From contig OZ260661.1 in NCBI GenBank assembly GCA_965285935.1, positions 116,312,001 through 116,376,000 on the forward strand: a DNA stretch of 64,000 bases, read 5' to 3'. The DNA is from Ophelia neglecta. Taxonomy: Eukaryota. The notes beneath the pieces are model-generated. The model saw only the letters and a program-made list of their open reading frames with translations, was not told the origin of the DNA and made no database searches. The translations under genes and the position numbers were made by a program. This document shows, in pieces, positions 45,001-57,000 of this stretch (its first letter is position 1; every line of letters starts with the position of its first letter).

Positions 45001-48000
45001 TGCGTATTGATTGCAGAATTAATCAGTTAATATCTTTATCATACATGGGTTCTGTTATTAGTTTGCTCATATTATTGCTTGTGATAAATATCAATGACCA
45101 GAAAAAGTCGGATTCATGAAATTGTTTAGGTAGAAGGCAAATATATTGACTAAGCAGAGTGCACTCTAATGTAAAACTGTTCACCAAAGCCCACTCTTGA
45201 ACAGAAATTCTATTGGGAGCATTGAACGTTAAGCACAATTTAGGTAATTAAGCACCTAGAAAACGAATTTGTGATGAATTATAAATTAATGGGTATTTAA
45301 TCATAATTTGAACTTTGTTGTTGTCGTGATTAGTGGAGCTGGCAAGAAGCCCTACCTGACTGCCCAGCAGTTCCGGGACTTTCTGAATGATGAGCAGAGA
45401 GACTCGCGTCTGAATGAGATTCTTTATCCTTACTGTGATCTGAAGAAGGCACAGACGCTAATAAACATGTTTGAGCCCAACCAAAGTCTCGCCAACAAAG
45501 GTAATCTATAACGATCCACCATACAGTGTGGGGCCTTAACTGTTCACTGGACAGTGTGAGGCACAAGCTGTACACCAGACAGTGTGGGGCCTTAACTGTT
45601 CACTGGACAGTGTGGGGCATAAACTGTTCACTGGACAGTGTGGGCATAAACTGTTCACTGGACAGTGTGGGGCATAAGCTGTTCACTGGACAGTGTGGGG
45701 CATAAGCTGTTCACTGGACAGTGTGGGTAAGCTGTTCACTGGACAGTGTGGGGCATAAACTGTTCACTGGACAGTGTGGGGCCTAAACTGTTCAATGGAC
45801 AGTGCGGGGCATAAGCTGTACACCAGACAGTGTGGGGCCTAATTTGTTCACTGGATAGTTTCATGCCTAAGGTGAGACCTGGACTGTGTGGGGTCTACTT
45901 TGTACACTGGATAGTGTAGGGCCTAAGCTGTACACTGGAATGTGAAGGGGCCTAAGCTGTAAACCAGACAGTGTGGGGTCTAAGCTGTATGCCTGAAAGT
46001 GTGGGGCTTAAGCTGTTTGACATTGTGGATCCTAAGCTGCTTGACAGTGTTGGCCCTAGTCTGTTTGACAGTGTGGGCCCTAGTCTTTTTGACAGTGTGG
46101 GCCCTAGTCTGTTTGACAGTGTGGGGCCTAGTCTGTTTGACAGTTGGGGCCCTAGTCTGTTTGACAGTGAGTGGGGACTAAGCTGTATGATGTATTCTAA
46201 TCGCAAGAAATGAAGCCACTGCCAAGTGATCAGACAATTATAAAGTATGAGCTATCCATAGTTATGTTTTAAGTACTAAACTACTCCTGACCCGTTACTT
46301 TAGAATTACTTATAGTTCTAACTAACGTTGCTAACATTTCAGATTCAGAAGTGCCGCCAGGTATGGTATTTCGCCGATAGTATTCATGTTTTTTATTCAG
46401 ATCTAGTGCATTTAGATTCTAGCTGTTTTAGTTTATCCTTGATATGATCTGCTGCTTAGGGACCCACCATTAAGAAAATTTGATGGAGGGCTAGAAGATA
46501 TGTGAGTGTCCCCAGACCTGCCTTTTTTTTATAGCAAAAATACATAGGAGATGATGCCTTAACCTGAGAGACCAAATTATTTGTCTTCAAATATGAAAAC
46601 CCAACTTTTTTTCCTCTTCGAAGTCTTCTAGCCCCCCCCCCCTGCCCTGCCCCCCCCCAGTCTGCTAATAATGCATCCTTTACATGGCATGTCAGTTAAT
46701 TTGATTCAGTTTCAGACTGTGCGTTGTTAAACAAACTCAATGGGTAAATTTTTTCTCATCATTTGATGCAACCTTTCAGTTTTTGTAATTCTCTTTGGTG
46801 ATAGTTTATTTGTTCAGAAGGCCTGATACCTATATATTAAACAGGGCTGTTTGACAATTAGTTTACAAACATTTATTGACTTACAGTTTTTTTTCAATCA
46901 GCTCCTCTTGGCTTTGTTTTATTGTATCCTATTGAATATATTTCTAAACACAAGAAAGGCTCCATTTAAGGAGAGACTATATTCGTGGCTATGATGGAAA
47001 GGGGAAAGAAGAAAGTAAATGCAAATGGCATGTGGCATACTTTGCATTTTATATGAAAATGAGAGTTCATATTGTAACCTAAACATAGCCTTCAATACTT
47101 CAAAAAAGATGGGAAAATCTGGTCTCCATCCTCCAAAGTTGTAATGGAAATATTCTTTTATTGTATTATAAAGTCAAAACCTTTGGTCTGTCATATTTTA
47201 GACAATATATTAGTTGTACTTTGTCACCTTATAAGTTTGCCTGGTTGATTTAAATAGGGGTTGATATGGAATTATATTTTTGTCATCAATACCATTGGTC
47301 ATATTCAAGTGTAGATATCCCATTATTGTTTTATATTAATTCAATTGGTTATGCTTATGAAATTAGCATAGCTTCTAGATAGTTTAAAAGCAAAGTTTGT
47401 ACATGTAAGTTTGAAGTGCATGGTATTTGTGCAATGAATTGACAGAAGGTCAACCAACATATATATAAGATGATTCTATGAAAGCATTTTGTTCTAAAAT
47501 TGTTATTTAACAACAAGATTCATTTAACAAAATATTAGTATTTAATATTTACGAGTTTGTACAACTTAGTTATCAAACATATGCAAGTATGCTCGTATCA
47601 GAAACTTTTTTTATCCCAACTACCAGACAGCACTTGCCATCCTTTTAAAATATTGAACAAAATCAAACTGAATTACATTTAAAAGTGTACTTAGTGATTT
47701 TCTTGATTGCATGTATTTGCAGGACACATTTCCCAGGATGGCTTTCTGAGGTACCTGTTGAGTGAGGACAATGTTCTGGTACCTTCCGAGAAGCTGGACT
47801 TAAACGAGGACATGGATCAGCCGATAGCTCACTACTTCATCAACTCCTCACACAACACATACCTTACTGGTAAGTGGCTACAGCAGCTCACCCACCAAAA
47901 CTATCAGACATGTGTAGAGTGTCATATATGCCATGTTGTTGATGATAGGAAATGACATCTTATTTGGTCTGATATTGTAATATATATTAGTTCCTTTATA

Positions 48001-51000
48001 TCTGGGACAGTTAATAGGGACAAAAATGAAAAAAAAAATCAAGTATTTGGTTAAACACATAATCAGTTTATTTAAGGTGTATTGCTGATGCTGTTTTATG
48101 TACCTGTTTTTAGGACACCAGTTGACAGGTAAATCGTCTGTAGAGATTTACAGACAGGCCCTGTTAACAGGCTGTAGATGTATAGAGCTGGATTGCTGGG
48201 ATGGTCGGGGGTCGGATGAAGAACCAATCATCACTCATGGATTTACCATGTGTACAGAAATTGTCTTCAAGGATGTTATAGAGGCAATAGCCGAGACCGC
48301 CTTTAAGGTCTCAGAGTACCCAGTCATACTCTCATTTGAAAATCACTGCTCGTGAGTATTGTAATGTATATGCTTAGCAGGCTCGCCAGTGAAACAATCT
48401 ATGTAGTTTATGGCAATCTTGAAGGCAATTAAATAGTGTTTTATGACACATGTGTGTTTTATTGGGCAGTTTAGTCCGTCTGGTGGTTATAAATAGTGTT
48501 GGAATCAAATTCTCCAAATCTCGGTGGATTTTTGTTGCATTCCTTCTTATCCGTGAATCTCTTTTCCTACTCCAGGCCTAAGCAACAAGCTAAGATGGCA
48601 GCACACTGCCGGAATATATTGGGTGAGGCACTTCTTACAGACCCACTGGAATCACATCCAGTAAGTTGAAAGCCAACATTCATCAAGTACAGGGGTAACA
48701 TTACAGACTTGACAATCAATATATACATCTATATACAGTCCTTGTATTAAAGCCTTATATTTATTATTAAAGTTAGTAACTAACAATTACAACAATATCC
48801 TACTTAAACATTTTTATTAAGTAAAATGATTTTGAAATTAACAGCTTTCATAACCATATGCAGCTTATGATAGCCTAGACTGCTTAAGCTTCTAACTGTT
48901 GACCCTCTTAAGTAAGAAATCTGGCTGAACTACATGGCATGCTTGCTTCCAAATCATGGCTGAAATCTCTACATAAAATACTATAGGCAATTGTTTAGCT
49001 TGCATGCGAGAGTAATAATTTCCATTGAATTATGTTAAACTACCAAGACCTGAACAATTCTTTAATAATTCTGTAGAATTGGATGTGTACTAGATTGCAT
49101 ATTCTCATTCTTAATTGAATTACTCCGGTCTAATTACATTCATTTAATAGTGTAAGAAATATAGAATGATTTTTATTAAAAGGATTTACAGTTATGTTTA
49201 AGAAATAGGTTGATATGAATGATAATGAGCTCAATCGTTTGATTATAAACCCGCACGCCTGGTGTATGTTTTGATCAAATGTGTGTTTATTAACTGCATC
49301 TTGAAATAAGTTTTGTTCCTGGTGAAGAAAACAAAGAATATATAAACAGCCATTGAACTGTCATTCCCACTGTAAGAACTGTCATTCTCACTGAGACAGA
49401 ACTGTCATTCCCACTTTGAGAACTGTCATTCCCACTGTGAGAACTGTCATTCTCACTGAGACAGAACTGTCATTCCCACTGTGAGAACTGTCATTCTCAC
49501 TGAGACAGAACTGTCATTCCCACTGTAAGAACTGTCATTCTCACTGAGACAGAACTGTCATTCCCACTGTAAGAACTGTCATTCCCACTGTGAGAACTGT
49601 CATTCCCACTGTGAGAACTGTCATTCCCACTGTAAGAACTGTCATTCCCACTGTGAGAACTGTCATTCTCACTGAGACAGAACTGTCATTCCCACTTTGA
49701 GAACTGTCATTCCCACTGTGAGAACTGTCATTCTCACTGAGACAGAACTGTCATTCCCACTGTAAGAACTGTCATTCTCACTGAGACAGAACTGTCATTC
49801 CCACTGTAAGAACTGTCATTCCCACTGTGAGAACTGTCATTCCCACTGTGAGAACTGTCATTCCCACTGTAAGAACTGTCATTCCCACTGTGAGAACTGT
49901 CATTCTCACTGAGACAGAACTGTCATTCCCACTGTAAGAACTGTCATTCCCACTGTGAGAACTGTCATTCCCACTGTGAGAACTGTCATTCCCACTGTAA
50001 GAACTGTCATTCCCACTGTGAGAACTGTCATTCTCACTGAGACAGAACTGTCATTCCCACTTTGAGAACTGTCATTCCCACTGTGAGAACTGTCATTCTC
50101 ACTGAGACAGAACTGTCATTCCCACTGTAAGAACTGTCATTCTCACTGAGACAGAACTGTCATTCCCACTGTAAGAACTGTCATTCCCACTGTGAGAACT
50201 GTCATTCCCACTGTGAGAACTGTCATTCCCACTGTAAGAACGGTCATTCCCACTGTGAGAACTGTCATTCTCACTGAGACAGAACTGTCATTCCCACTGT
50301 GAGAACTGTCATTCCCACTGTGAGAACTGTCATTCCCACTGTAAGAACTGTCATTCCCACTGTGAGAACTGTCATTCTCACTGAGACAGAACTGTCATTC
50401 CCACTGTAAGAACTGTCATTCTCACTGAGACAGAACTGTCATTCCCACTTTGAGAAATGTCATTCCCTATTTGAGCTCTGTAATTGCCTCTGTGAGCTCT
50501 GTCATGGATTTTGTGAGAACTGTCATTCCCTCTATGAAAACTGTCATTCCCTCTGTAAGAACTGTCATTTCTTCTGTCATGACCTCTGTGGGAACTGTCT
50601 TTCCCTCTGTGGGAACTGTCATTCTCACTGTGAGAATTGTCATTACCTCTGTGACAACTGGCATTTCCTCAGTGAGAACTTGCATTTCCTCTGTTAGAAA
50701 TGTCATTACCTCTGTATGAAATGTCATTTCCTCTGTGAGAACTGTCATTCTCACTGTGACAACTGGCATTTCCTCTGTGACAACTGGCATTTCCTCTCTG
50801 AGAACTTTCATTTCCTCTGTGGGAAATGTCATTCCCTTTGTGTGAACTTTGATTTCCTCTGTGAGAACTGTCATTCCCTCTGTGAAAACTGTCATTCCCT
50901 CTGTAAAAACTGTCATTTCTTCTGTCATGACCTCTGTGAAAACTGTTATGACCTCTGTGAAAACTGGCATTTCCTCAGTGAGAACGTTCATTCCCTCTAT

Positions 51001-54000
51001 GAGAACTTTCATTTCCTCAGTGAGAACTGTCATTCCCTCTGTGACAACTCATTTCCTCAGTGAGAACGTTCATTCCCTCTATGAGAAATGTCATTCCCTC
51101 TGTGTGAACTTTCATTTCCTCAGTGAGAACTGTCATTCCCTCTGTGACAACTCATTTCCTCAGTGAGAACGTTCATTCCCTCTGTGGGAAATGTCATTTC
51201 CTCTGTGGGAGATGCTATTCATATTAGATTGATTTCATGAGAACATTCCTGTCATGAGAACTGTCATCCATTCCATGAGAACACTTAGTCATTATGTCTG
51301 TCACAACCTGAGAATCAGCAGTCAATATGTGAAAACTCTCAGGCAACCCCAAATCACAGCAAGAATTGTCAGTTATATTCAACAACAACAGACAAATTTC
51401 TGCTGTCACAGTATATGCCACAGTTCACTGAAAAAAGGCAGACAAAAGGACTCTCCACCGAGAAATGACATCCAAACGTGGGGGAGAATACTAACATCTC
51501 ATTTGATTGCCGGCAGAGGTAGCACAGGGCACCGGTTTTTATGTGAGGGTGGGAGGGACATGCTTAGGTATCATTCTCTTTCATTCATGTGTTGCCTTAG
51601 AACAGTAAATAGAATACCACCAGCACATGTCATATATAGCAAGGAGCCTCTCAGTCAGAATTCAGTGTTTAAAAATTTAAACACATCCATTCAATACATT
51701 TTCATATCTGTTTATTTTAAAGAATTTATCTTGTTTTCACCGTTTTTCTCTTGTTACAATTGTTATACACTGTGAATTATGAGCTGGCAAGGGACTGTTT
51801 TCTATACAATGACATGTGCTCCATATTAATTATTGTTGATACAAGGTAATGTTAATTTCATGTATCTGCTTCACTAAACATGTATGTTGCATATATATTT
51901 TATAATTACATGTACATGGACATGTCCTTTGCACATTACTTCCATGTACAGCGTGATATATATATATTTATTGTGTACCTAGTGGAAATCAGTAGGTAAC
52001 AGATGTGAGCTTTGATTGGCCAAGGATCATCATATTATCAATGTACAGCCTTCCCCAGCATCTCCTAACATTTGGTAGAACTGTTCATTTGCATTCTCCA
52101 TAGTTTAAAAACCTGTGCGAGGAGCAGACAAATTAACTTTATGTTGGACAATGATTTCTATATTTTGGTATTTATATTTTGTTTGCTGTGCTAACACTTT
52201 ATGTAAGGCATGTGTAGGCCCTACCTGCTACTCTAACTAATACTACTATACATAATTACATATTGATCATAACGCTACCAAAAACTTGTGTGGGATTCAG
52301 GATTAAGAATATATTGGAACATATGTGGATGGCATGTAAAGGAATTGAAAAGTGCACTTTAAGATTGAACTGCTTTTTGTGAGGACAAAATACTTGCATT
52401 ATTAATTTTTGTCAGGGCGTTATTACCGGATTTTCTACACATATGTTTCTTTTATATCCTTTTCCTGGCCACTAGAGTGCCATGATTTCTAAATCACAAT
52501 AGAATTGAAATTTTCTAACACATAACAGTAGTCACTATGCAATGTTGCCATCATTGCCTTTCTTACGGGTTCAGCTTAGCCACTAGCACCTTTATTTTCA
52601 ATTTGATTTTATGTTAAATTTGGTTTGTTTTCAGTTTGTCTTTCATTTTGTATAAGCCACTCCACTTTCTCCCTACTAGCTAGAGACTGGCATCCCTTTA
52701 CCAAGCCCACAACGTCTACGGGGAAAGATTATAGTGAAAAACAAGAAGCGCCACACACATAAGTGTAAGTAATGTCTCGGAGAGGGAGCATTCATTGCAT
52801 GATCCCCACACTTGACCCTAGACAAGGCTATTATGTAATGAGTTGAGGTTTCCTTGTCACTGTAGTTTTCTGTTCAGTTAGGCCCTTCAACCTTTTTTTA
52901 ACAATTATTTGAATACAGCAGAAAAGAAATACTGTCAATTCAACCTACTCAAGATAGCCTTGTCTCTGTTTTAACCATGCTTTTCAGAAGATGTGGATTG
53001 AGTCACAACTATTCTTGATTTGTGTCTTTGAGAGGGCGTCTGCCATCTCCAGCCAGTCCTCTCCATGACAATGAAGACTAGCACTGTGACTCAGTCCTTA
53101 TTCTGAATTTTTGTTTCAGGAAAGAACCTTTCACCCAGATACCCCCTGTCTACAGGTATCTCCTAACTGACAGCCTATTGTCTCATATGTAATTTGTATT
53201 TTATAACACCAGCTAAAGCGTGGCCAATCAACGCCGAGCCCTTTGCAGCTCAAGAGAAAGTTTATTATTAAGGCCAAGAAGCGTCAGAAGCCTCGCTGTA
53301 AGTATTGACCCTGTGCGGACAATGCACTGGGCCTGCACCAACCTTGATTTATCTCCTTGTATGCCTGGTCGTGTATGTTCCCAGACTACCTATTGGTATG
53401 GGTGGCTGCCGCACTTCCATATCTAGCCTTATACAAGTAAGACGCCACTACATCTCGGAGTATGCTGTCATGTAGCACATTGGTACAATAGATGTGTGTA
53501 GCCTACTCACCCACCTAGCATCCTGGGCACTCCACAGTACAGCCATGTTTCTGCTTTAGTTACACCCAGTTTGATCATGTCAATATGAACTGTTTCAAAA
53601 CTGGCCATTTCTATTATTGCACATTTAGGTACTTACTTGCATTTAGTGATGCAAAAACATTTCTTTCAAACTGATTGAAAATTAATTGAAAATTAATTTC
53701 AAATTTATTTCAAATTTATTACAAATTTAGCATCTTTACCTAGAAATCTATAATTTATGTTTTTCCCTCATTGATCTGTTAAGAGATGGGCCAGGTTTTG
53801 AATTCAGCCCTGTGGCAGTGTCCTTCTCAGGCCTCTGTGCCTATTAATAGTCAGCCCTGGTTATTTTTATTTCAGATATTTATCGAGCCATGGTGTTTTC
53901 AATATCATTTGAATATTTACCAAATCATTGTTGTGAGATGATGACTTGTTCAGTATCTAGCTTTATTTATTGGTTTCTGAAGTTGTATTATGTGTACAAT

Positions 54001-57000
54001 GTATAATGTTTTTGTAAGAATATACACACTCTAATAAATGAAGTTAACTGTACATGTATAATGGGAAAGGGTTTTTCAAATTGCAAAGACGTCTCAGTTT
54101 TAGCTCAGCTTGCTACTGCAAGCTGGCCTCAGCAAATCAAGTTAGTGTCTGTTGAGTCGCGCAGTGCATCCATCTTTTTTTCCTTCCACATAATTATGAT
54201 ACATTTCCTACTTCTACTTAAAGACCTTAAAATATACACCTACATTTTTTGTACAACTTTATCCATTCATATATATATGGCTCCATTATTCATCTACCTC
54301 TTTCAGATTCATTTCAAGTTTGTGTAGGCCAGTGTTAGCTACCTAAACTTTGCTGTAGATCATTCCCTGATACACTGTACATTGAATCTTTCTCTCCAAA
54401 ATGCCCTAGGACTGTTGCCCTTATTGGAGCTTTCTGAATGACCCTAGCAGGCCTCGCTACCAAAGTTATTTAAAATTTAAATGTATTTGACCTGCTATGA
54501 TTGGATGAAATGGCAGGAAAATCAATTTTCATTGGTTTGAGGTAATTCACATACCCACTGGTACACATATACATCAATATCCACTGGATACTTGAGGATG
54601 CATAGACATGCCCAGTGTATAAACCACAAATAGATAGAACTAGTAGATACCCATGAAAAACCTGATGACACTGAACTTGTCAATCACTTTTTTTTCTGAT
54701 TGGTCTATGAGTCTTACATTGTCAGGGCATCCATCTGTTGAGTAAATAAGAAGTTGTGTAAAAGGGATCTTTTGGCGACCTTAGATTTGACCTTGTTACA
54801 GTTATTATTCAAAGCTGAGTGCCATGTCAGTGGACATCTTGTTACAATGCACACATTATTTATATGACTGTGCTTATTTGCACCTCTGTGTATTTTAATT
54901 TCCATCACAGAATTTGATCAGATTATCTGTAATAGTATAGACCTACCTGTTTTGAGAATGTTTATTTATGACTATGTGAAGCTCATTGGTGTGGTGATAC
55001 AAGTGGCCTAAAATGAAGTGCTGGTTATCATTTAACATGCATGTATCCTCACAATGCTGTGTAAGTGGGGTGGTTTTACTTGTGACTAGGTTTTCCATTT
55101 TCAATTATTATCATAATAAGGTCAACTCTCAGACTGATGGAAATAGTCTGGGCAATTTTAAAAAGTCTGGTCTATTGGCCAATTTAAAAAGTCTGGCCAA
55201 TTTGAATAAATTGTATCATTTCATTGTAAAATGAATGTAGCAACAATGTGTCAATACAAAATGCCTATTAGAATAAAATAAATACTGTTACATATTAGTA
55301 TGTCAACAATTCTGTATGAAAACCAATACATAAACAAGTACGAGAATCAAAGATTTCAAATTTTTATTCTAGCCACCAGTTTACATGTTATGCCATTTGT
55401 ATCATTTTAAGTAAAGGATTTCTTAGGCACAATGTGCTTTTCCTTGCATTAATTTTACTAGGTGATACATATCCCACTCATTTTGTGCACGTCCTATTCT
55501 GTAAGTGATTTTAACCCATTCACCTTTTGCAGCCAAATCACGTGCTGTGAAGAAGGTGCCAACAGTGGTTGGGGAAACTGCCGGGGAGATAGAGGTTGTG
55601 TCAGTGGAGGGGGAGGGCCATGTAGGTGGGGAGGGGGAGGGGGAGGAGAAAGCCCACACTGCAGCCCCTGAAGAGGAAGTACTGGTTGTGGCGGAGGCAG
55701 ACGGAGGGGATTCTCTCTCTGAAAGTGATGAGGAGAGTGAAGAGGAAGGAGATGCTGGCCTCACAGAAGAAGATGAAAAACAGAGATTAGAGGCTAAAAA
55801 AGAAAAGGTGGTTTTAACATAAATTGCTCTTATGCACAACATGATACATGGTTTTAAAATGATAACATTATCATTAGGACATTAAGGTTATGCATCTGAG
55901 ATCCATCAGGCCATCTAGATATATGTCCTTAAAATATATTTGCTGGATACAAGACATCACCTCATTATTTTTTGTTTCCGGTACAGGGCACTGCTGGACA
56001 GGAAGCAGAGGCAGGCATGGAAATGTCAGCTCTAGTCAACTATATTCAGCCATCAAGATTTCATTCTTTTGAGATAGCAGCAAGTATGTTTACCTCAAAC
56101 ACCAATTGTAGGCTTTCAAACATTGCTTCAATGCTATGAAGTGCTTTATAAATAAATTACTGGTAATGTAAGACTATATAGTCCTTATTTGCACATAATG
56201 ACAGATATTGTTGATTTATATACTATGTACATGTAATTTAGGCAAAGTGTCCTTCAATTTTTTAGAGCGAAATAGAAGTTATGAATGTACCTCATTTGTG
56301 GAGACGCAAGCCACAGCCCTTCTCAAGGAGTTCCCAGTTGAATTCGTCAAGTATCCTTTATCATGCTGATGAAGATTGATCAATTGAATTGATTGATTTA
56401 TTATTTTTATAAAATGAATTTCCATCAAAATAAACATTGATTAAAAAGCCATAGGTTGAGTTTTGGTTATTGACAGCAAGATAAATGTCCTACAGTTTGT
56501 CTTTAACCTAAACTAGCTTCAATAAACGCCAAATCAGCAGAATCTACCCAAAAGGTACCCGAGTGGATTCCAGCAACTACATGCCTCAGATTTTCTGGAA
56601 TGCAGGATGTCAGCTAGTGGCTTTAAACTTCCAAACATTAGGTATGGGTGAAAGCTTCTCGTGAGTGTCGTATGGGGCTGCAATACTCTGCAGGTTATAA
56701 GCATTACATTTACCAACTAGGAAATATCTTGACATTTTATGCCTGTCGGCTTTATGTTGCAGATTTAGCAATGCAGCTGAACCTTGGAATATTTGAGTAC
56801 AATGGTCGAAGTGGCTGCATTTTAAAGCCCGACTTTATGCGCCGAAAGGACAGGCAATTTGATCCATTTGCTGAGTCAACAGTTGATGGTATTATCGCAG
56901 GAACTGTAGAAATAAAGGTTAGAGCCAGCTTATTGTTGTCCTAAGGGGAGAGTAAGGAGAAAGGTGAGACTAGAATCAGACCTGTATTGAGGAGAATCTG

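Noticed and set aside
45952-46213. LSNRLGPT / FDSVGPSL repeat ORFs
   Set aside because: Translations of the 24-nt minisatellite.
49355-50460. CRISPR-like appearance of the regular repeats (also 59035-62480)
   Set aside because: No unique spacers, no cas genes, and a eukaryotic intronic context.
50450-51166. 188-aa MTVLTEE-repeat ORF and overlapping ORFs
   Set aside because: By-product of a 21-nt (multiple of 3) tandem repeat that is open in several frames on both strands.
55423-55842. 139-aa Ser-rich minus-strand ORF
   Set aside because: Antisense shadow of the Glu-rich X-Y linker exon.
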